The notes under the pieces: generated by a model
Databases searched by the model: none
Told to the model about the DNA's origin: nothing
Seen by the model: the letters and a program-made list of their open reading frames with translations, nothing else
Shown: piece by piece, positions 56,741 to 64,000 of the stretch
Numbering within the stretch: the first letter of the stretch is position 1
Layout of the letters: each line of letters starts with the position of its first letter
Assembly (NCBI RefSeq): GCF_009914755.1
Contig: NC_060927.1
Source: the human T2T-CHM13v2.0 reference genome, Homo sapiens
DNA length: 64,000 nucleotides
Reading direction: 5' to 3' (one strand)
Translations under genes and position numbers: made by a program

Positions 56741-59700
56741 GGGGGTTAGGCCAAGGTGGTGAACTAGAAGCAGTTATGTATGCCACTCTCACAGAGAAGA
56801 AACAAGAGGGCTGGCGAACATTGGCCCTGCAAGGCCAGTCATCTGAGAAACTACATCGGGTTCCATCAAGGCAGCAGGGGAACAGAGAGAGCAGAGAGGA
56901 GTGAGGCTGGAAACCAGCTTGTATTAGTTTAGTGCAGAGCTGGGAGTACCTCTCAAAAGCAGGAAAGGGTGAGTGAATGAACTCTCCACAGGGACCTGTC
57001 TGGGAACCTCTCCTGGGAATGAGAGATTCCCCCTATCCCTCCTGCAGCCTTCCTTCTAGACTGGGGTAGAGAGCCATCTGGACATTCTGTGAGGGCAACT
57101 CTTAAGTTCAAGGAAATCTCTACAAGCCTTGGGCCCCAGAGTAGACCAGCACTGGCAACACAGCCTCACTAGAGTCTGTAATCATAGTGCCTGGGAACAA
57201 CAGGATTGCTCCACCCCATTCCCTTACCAGAAAAGATTGGTGCCAGCTTCCAGCCCAGCTGTCCTACTTTGGCCTGAACTCAGCTGGCAGCCACAGGCTC
57301 CTGTTGTCCCAGGAAGTTCCTGGGTGGCAAGGTAGGAGACCCCTACACACTGGTAGCCAGGCAGGCAAAACTTGCCAGAACTTCTAGCCTAATGGTACCG
57401 CTGCTGTGTGGATTCTGCCAGATGATACATTTATCCGGTGGCTCTGAGAAATGCTCAGATAGCAGGGTGGGTGAGGCCACCTACCCCTGCCACTGGTAGC
57501 CAAGCAGACAATGTCTGCTAGAGCTCCCAGCCTAGTGGTCCCAATTTTATGTGAACTCAACAGGTGGGTGCAGCCTCCTGTGTCCCAAGAAGCAACTGGA
57601 CAGCAGGGAGGGCAACCCCCAACCACATCTGCCGCTGATAGCCAGGCAAACTACAACTGCTAGAGCTTCCATAATTCTACTTCTGCCTGAACTCTGGGCA
57701 GGCACAACCCTGTATTCCCTGGAAAGCACTTGGACAACAGATTAGCACTGACCTGGCAAGGATATAGCCCATCTACCAACTGTGGCCCCTAACCTGAGGG
57801 AGCCCTGTGGACCAGAACAACCCCCCTCCCACCAAAACAAACAAATAAACAAACAAAAAAACAGAAAACAGTGGCCTGGAGATAGGAATCAGAGGACTCC
57901 TCCAAGACCCAGGAACAGACTAGAATTGAAGCCAGTTGACTGAACTCACCTTATATCATAATCAAACCCCCAAGGGCACGAAAGAAGATAAAAGCAAGAT
58001 CCATTCATAGGAAAGCAATTTCAAAGACTGAAGGAACATCAGCCCTACACAGATAAGAGTAAACCAGCACAAGAGCTCTGGCAACTCAAAAAGCCAGAGT
58101 GTCTTCTGACCTCCAAATTATTGTACTACTTCACCAAAAATGGTTCTTACTCAGACTGAAATGGCTGAAATGTCAGAAATAGAATTCAGAATATGAATAG
58201 GAATAAAGATCGACATTCTGGAGAAAATCAAAACCCAATGCAAGGAATCTAAGGAATACCATAAAACAATGCAAAAGATAAAAGATGAAATAGTCATTTT
58301 AAGAACAAAAAGAAACTGATCTGACAGAGCTGAAAAACTCACTTAAGAATTGCATAATACAACTGCAGTATTAACAACAGAACCACCAATCTGAGGAAAG
58401 AATCTTAGAGCTTAAAGATTGGTTCTCTGAAATGACTCAGACAAAAATAAAAAATAAGGAATGAATAAATCCACCAAGAAATATGAGATTAGGTGAAGAG
58501 ACCAAATCTATGACACACTGGCATCCCTGAAAGAGAGAGAGAGAAAGCAAACAACTTGCAAAACATATTTGAGGATATCATCTCCCAAAATTTCCCCAAC
58601 CTTGCTAGAGAAGCCAACACTCAAATCTAGAAAATGCAAAGAATCCCTGTGTGGTACTATATAAGGTAACCATCCCCAAGACATACAGTCATCAGATTCT
58701 CTAAGTCGAAATGAAAGAAAAAATGTTAAAGGCAGCTAGAGACAAAGGGCATGTCATCTACAAAAGAAACCTCATGAGGCTAACAGTGGACCTTTCAGCA
58801 AAAACCCTATAAGCCAGAAGAGATTGGGGCCTATATTCAGCATTATTAAAGAAAAGAAATTCCAACCAAGCATTTCATATTCAGCCAAACTAAGCTTCAA
58901 AAACAAAGAAACATGATCCTTTTCAGCCAAGTATACAGAATTTATTACCACTAGACTGTCCTTACAAGAGGTCCTAAAGGGAGTGCTAAATATGGAAAGG
59001 AAAGATGATTATCAGCCACCACAAAAACACACTTAAGTACATAGACCATTGATACTATAAAGTAACCACACAATCAATTCTGCAGAATAACCAGCTAACA
59101 ACACAATGACAGATTCACACCTACACAATATTAACTTTGAATGTAAATGGGTTAAATGTCCTAATTAAAAGTCACATAATGGAAAGTTGGATAAAGAAGC
59201 AAGACACAACCATGTGCGGTCTACAAGAAACCCATCTCACTTGCAATGACAGCCATAGGCTCAAACTAAAGGGATGGAGAAAAATCTACCAAGCCAATGA
59301 AAACCAGAAAAAAACAGAGGTTTCTAATTTCAGACAGGACAGATTTTAAACCAATAACAAACAATAAAAGCAAAGAAGGGCATTACATAATGGTAAAGGG
59401 TTCCATTCAACAAGAAGATCTAACTGTCCTAAATATATATGCACCAACACAGGAGCATCCAGATTCATAAAGTTCTTAGAGGCCCACAAAGAGACTTAGG
59501 TAATCAATCAATAATAGTGGGAGACTTCAATGCCCAACTGACAGTATTAGTTTTCTGCCTTGATGATCTAACAAAGATATCCAGGACCTGAACTTGATAT
59601 TTGATCAAATGAGCCCAACAGACATCTACAGACCTCTCCATCCCCAAGCAATAGAATATATACATTCTTCTCATTTTCACATGGCACATACTCTAAAATT

Positions 59701-62515
59701 GACAACACAATCAGCCATAAAACAATCCTCAGCAAATTTTTAAAAAGTGAGATCAAACCATCTACATTCTTGGACTACAGCACAATAAAATAGAAATAAA
59801 TAATAAATGATTAAAAACCATACAATTACATGAAAATTAAACAAGTTGCACTAGAATCACATTTAGGTAAACAATGAAATTAAGGCAGAAATCAAGAAGC
59901 TTTTTGAAACTAATAAGAAAAAAGGAACAATATACCAGGATCTCTGGGCCACAGCTAAAGCCATGTTAAAAGGGTTGTTCATAGCACTAAATGCTCACAT
60001 AATAAAATTGGAAAGATCTCAAATTAACAACCTAACATCACACCTAGAGGAACTAAAGAAACAAGAGTAAACCAACCCCAAAGACAGCAGCAGAAAATAA
60101 CCAAAAACAGAGTTGAACTGAAGGAAATTGAGATGTGAAAAACCATCAAAAAGATCAATGAAAGAATTTCTATGTATTTTTGAAAGAATGCATAAGATTT
60201 GGCAGACTGCTAGCTAGACTAATAAAGAAAAAAGAGAGATTCCAAATAAACACAACCAGAAGTGACAGAGGGGACATTACCAACAACCACAGAGAAATTA
60301 AAAAAATTAAAAACCCTAAGGGACTACCATGAATACCTCTATGCATGCACACTAGAAAACCTAGAAGAAATGGATAAATTCCTGGAAACATACACCCTCC
60401 CAAGATTGAACCAGGAAGAAACTGAATCCCTGAACAGACTAATAATGAGTTTCAAAATTGAGTCAGTAATAGAAAGCTACCAATAATAAAAAGCCCAGGA
60501 CCAGAGAAAATTACAGCCAAATTTCACTAGCTGTACAAAGCAAAGCTGATACTAGATTTACTAAAACTATTCCAAAAATTGAAAAGGAGGGATTCCTCCC
60601 TAACCCATTCTATGAGGACAGCATCATCCTGACACCAATACCTGGCAGAGACACAACAACAAAAAAGAAAACTTTAGGCCAATATCCTTGATGAACACAA
60701 ATGCAAAAATCCTCATTGAAATACCAGCAAACCAAATTCAGCAGCACATCAAAAAGCTATTCCACCACAGTCGAGTAGGTTTTAATCCTGGGATGCAAGG
60801 TTGGTTCAAACACACAAATCAATAAATATGACTCATAAACAGAAAAAAAGGACATGATCATCTCAATAGATGCATAAAAGGCCTTCGATAAAATTCAAAG
60901 GGTTAAAAACACTCAGCAACTAGGCATTGAAGGAACATATCTCAAAATAATAAGAGCTGTCTATGATAAACCCACAGCCAACGTCATACTAAATGGGTAA
61001 AAGCTCACAGCAGTCCCCTTGAGAACCACAACAAGACAAGAATGCCCACCCTCCTCACTTCTGTTCAACATAGTACTGGAAGTTCTGGCCAGAACAATAA
61101 GGCAAGAGAAAAATAAAGGGCATCCAAATAAGAAGAGATGAAGGCAAACTACCTGTTTGCAGATGATATGATTTTATACCTAGAAAACCCCATAGTCTCT
61201 GCCCAAAAACTCCTTGATCTAACAACTTCAGCAAAGTTTGAGGATACAAAAAAAAATCAATGTACAAAAAATAGTAGCATTCCCATACAACAACATTCAA
61301 CCTGAAAGCCAAATGAAAAGCAAAATCCCATTCACTGTAGCCACAAAAAGAATACCTAGAAATGCAGCTAACTAAGGAAGTGAAAGATCTCTCCAACAAG
61401 AATTACAAAACACTATTCAAAGAAATCAGAGATGACACAAACAAGTGAAAAAACAGTTCATGCTTGTGGATAGGAAGAATCAAAATTGTTAAAATGGCCA
61501 CACTTCCCTAAGCAATTTAAAGATTTAATACTATTTCTATCAAACTAAAAATGACTTTCCTCACAGAACTATTTTAAGATTCATGTAGAACAAAAAAATA
61601 AAAGAGAGCGAGAGAGAACTCAAATAGTGCAAAAACAAAAAAGCTGGAGGTATCATGTTACATGATTTTAAACTATACTACAAGGTTGTAGTATAACCAG
61701 AACAGCATGGTCCTGGTACAGAAACAGACACATAGACTAATAGCCCAGAAATAATGCCACACCCCTATAACCATCTGATCTTCCACAGAGAGAAATACAA
61801 GTCAAACCCCCAATAAGATACCATCAAACACTAGTCAGAATGGCTATTACTAAAAAGTCAAAAAATAACAGATGCTGTCAAGGTTGTGGAGAAAGGGGAA
61901 CACTTTCTACACTGCTGGTGGGAATGAAAATTAGTTCAGCCATTGTGGAAAGCAGTGTCACAATTTCTCAAAGAACTTAGAATTACCATCTGACCCAATA
62001 ATCCTATTGTTGGGTATATACCCCAAGGGTAATAAATCATTCTACCATAAACATACATCCACGTGTATGTTCACTGCAGCACTATTCACAATAACAAAGA
62101 CATGGAATCAACCTAAATGCCCATCAATGGTAGACTAGATTTAAAAAAATGTGGTACATATACATCAAGGAATGCTACACAGCCATAAAAAAGAATGAGA
62201 TCATGTCCTTTTCAGCAACATGGATGGAGCTCTAGGCCATTTTCCTAAGTGAATTAACACAGGGAAAGAAAACCAAATACCACATGCTTTACTTACAAGT
62301 GGGAACTAAACATTCTGTACACATGGACATAAATAAGGGAACAACAGACACTGTGCCTAGTGTTTGGGAAGAGGGTAAGGAAAACCTACCTATTGGATAC
62401 TATGCTTATTACTGGGGTGATGACATGCTCTGTACACCAAATCCTGACAACACATAATTCACCTATATAACAAACCTGCACATGTACTCCAAAACTAAAA
62501 TAAAAGTTAAAAAAT
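56741..62515 (+). mobile_element. Full-length degenerate LINE-1 (L1PA15/16-like) with an internal ORF2 deletion
   Basis: 5'UTR start ggccaag..aactagaagcag; ORF1 ~58060-59030; ORF2 from ~59106 (NVNGLN, LQETHL, NLEEMDKFLETYTLPRLNQEE, tttgcagatgat); 3'UTR; TSD AAGATGAGGT (56731-56740 / 62516-62525). Confidence 0.95.
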
Positions 62516-62734
62516 AAGATGAGGTTATATGCCTACCTCTGCTATGATCACTCAGAAAACTCTGGGAATGCTTTTCCCTCTGATAAACAAAAATGAAGGG
62601 TAAACATACTTTATATTTACTAAAATTTTATTCTAGGCTAGACATATTCTGTGAGTTATCTTGGTTAGTTCTTTCAACAGCGATTAAAAGTAGATATTCT
62701 GCTCTTCCTCCTTGTTAAAATGAGAAAAAGAGGA

Positions 62735-64000
62735 GAGAGTGATAGACAGGAAGCAGGACGAACTTGCAGCTCCTACTCAGAGGGACAGAGCAGCATGTGG
62801 AGACCCACATTGCTAACTTTTCTCCAAGAACTATCCCAGGAACATACCAGGAAAGCTGAGAGAATCCACAGATGCGTTGAAGACAGTTGATTGCCACTGC
62901 AGGCTCCATGGGCAGCCGAGGAACTGTGAGTCCCCTTGCTTTCTCAGCTGGGAGGCTTGTAGCCTGGGGCAAGTTCTCAGTCCTGCTCATCAGCTGCCTA
63001 GAAATAAACTCAGTGCTTTTGGGTGGCGCTGGGGGCATGGTGGGAGTGAAACTGGCCTTTCAGGCCATGGGCTGAGTGGGAGGTGGGTGAGGTCTGTGGC
63101 TGCCATCTTTCCCCCATTTCCCTGGCAACCTGTGTGATGCCGAACAGACAGCCATAATCCCTCAAGGAACATAGCTGCACTGGCCTGTGAACCACACCCC
63201 AATCTGCCACAGCAGCCACAGCAAGCCCTGCCCAAGAGAGACTGAGCTCAGACATGCCTAACCCTGCTCCCACTTGATGGTCTTTCTCTACTCACCCTGG
63301 TAGCCAGAATACAAAGAACATAATCTTTTGGGAGCTCTATGACCCTGCCCACTGCCTGAGAAACCTGAATACTTATCCAAGGGTGACCCTAGGGCAAGCT
63401 TGTATCCTCCTTATACAATCACAGCTGATGTGCTCTTGAAAGTGCTACCTCCTTCCTGGAGGCCAGCCAACACAAAAGCAACACACATGAAAATACAAAA
63501 ACCAACACATATAAAAATACAACCAAGGACTCTCACAGAGTCCACTTCATTCTCCTGCTACCTCCACCAGAGTAGGTGTTGGTATCCAAAGCTGAGAGAC
63601 CTGAAGATGAATCACATCAAAAGACTCTTTACAGATACTCCCCAGAACCAGCCCAAAGCCCAGTAGCTCCACTGGGTGGCTAGATCCAGAAGACAACTAA
63701 CAATCACTGCAGTTTGGCTCTCAGGAAGCCCCATCCCTAGGGCAAAGGGGAGAGCACCAGGTCAAGGGAGCACCCCCATGGGACACAAGAATCTGAACAG
63801 CAGCCCTTGAGTTCCAGATCTTCCCTCTGACATAGTCTACCCAAATGAGAAGGAACCAGAAAAACAATTCTGGTAATATGAAAAAAAAAACAAGGTTCTT
63901 TAACATCCCCAAAAGATCACACTAGCTCACTAGCAATGGATCAAACCAAGATGAAATCTCCGAATTGCCAGAAAAAAAATTCAGAAGGTTGATTATTAAG
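62735..64000 (+). mobile_element. L1PB-type 5'UTR and ORF1 start, truncated by the window edge
   Basis: gcaggac..ttgcagctcc..ggacagagcagcatgtggag start; ORF1-like atgagaaggaaccagaaaaacaattctgg at ~63845. Confidence 0.85.

Noticed and set aside
56741-62515. Retrotransposition-competent L1
   Set aside because: Many stops and frameshifts, a micro-inversion and a large ORF2 deletion.

Overview
Primate (human-like), AT-rich, CpG-depleted non-coding genomic DNA, more than half of it interspersed repeats. I find no credible protein-coding exon, structural RNA gene, CpG island or CRISPR array. Every ORF in the track that I can recognise is a read-through of Alu, L1, LTR or CR1 sequence, and the rest look like chance frames. 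Main contents: a near full-length old L1MA-type LINE (~1640-8790) nested in an older L1ME; a full-length L1PA15/16-type element with a clean TSD (56741-62515); the 5' end of an L1PB-type element running off the window; about 12 Alus; solo LTRs (MST, THE1, MLT1, MLT2A, ERVL types); MER DNA transposons; and many MIR/L2/L3 relics. Subfamily calls were made by eye against remembered consensus sequences and need RepeatMasker/Dfam confirmation. I could not support a new biological system. The best leads are small structural events: a 17-bp micro-inversion in L1 ORF2, an unexplained 171-bp tandem dimer, an exact 21-bp repeat 1.4 kb apart, fold-back (template-switch) palindromes, a twin-primed L1, and a strong L1 strand bias with weak splice signals that hint at an overlapping transcript.
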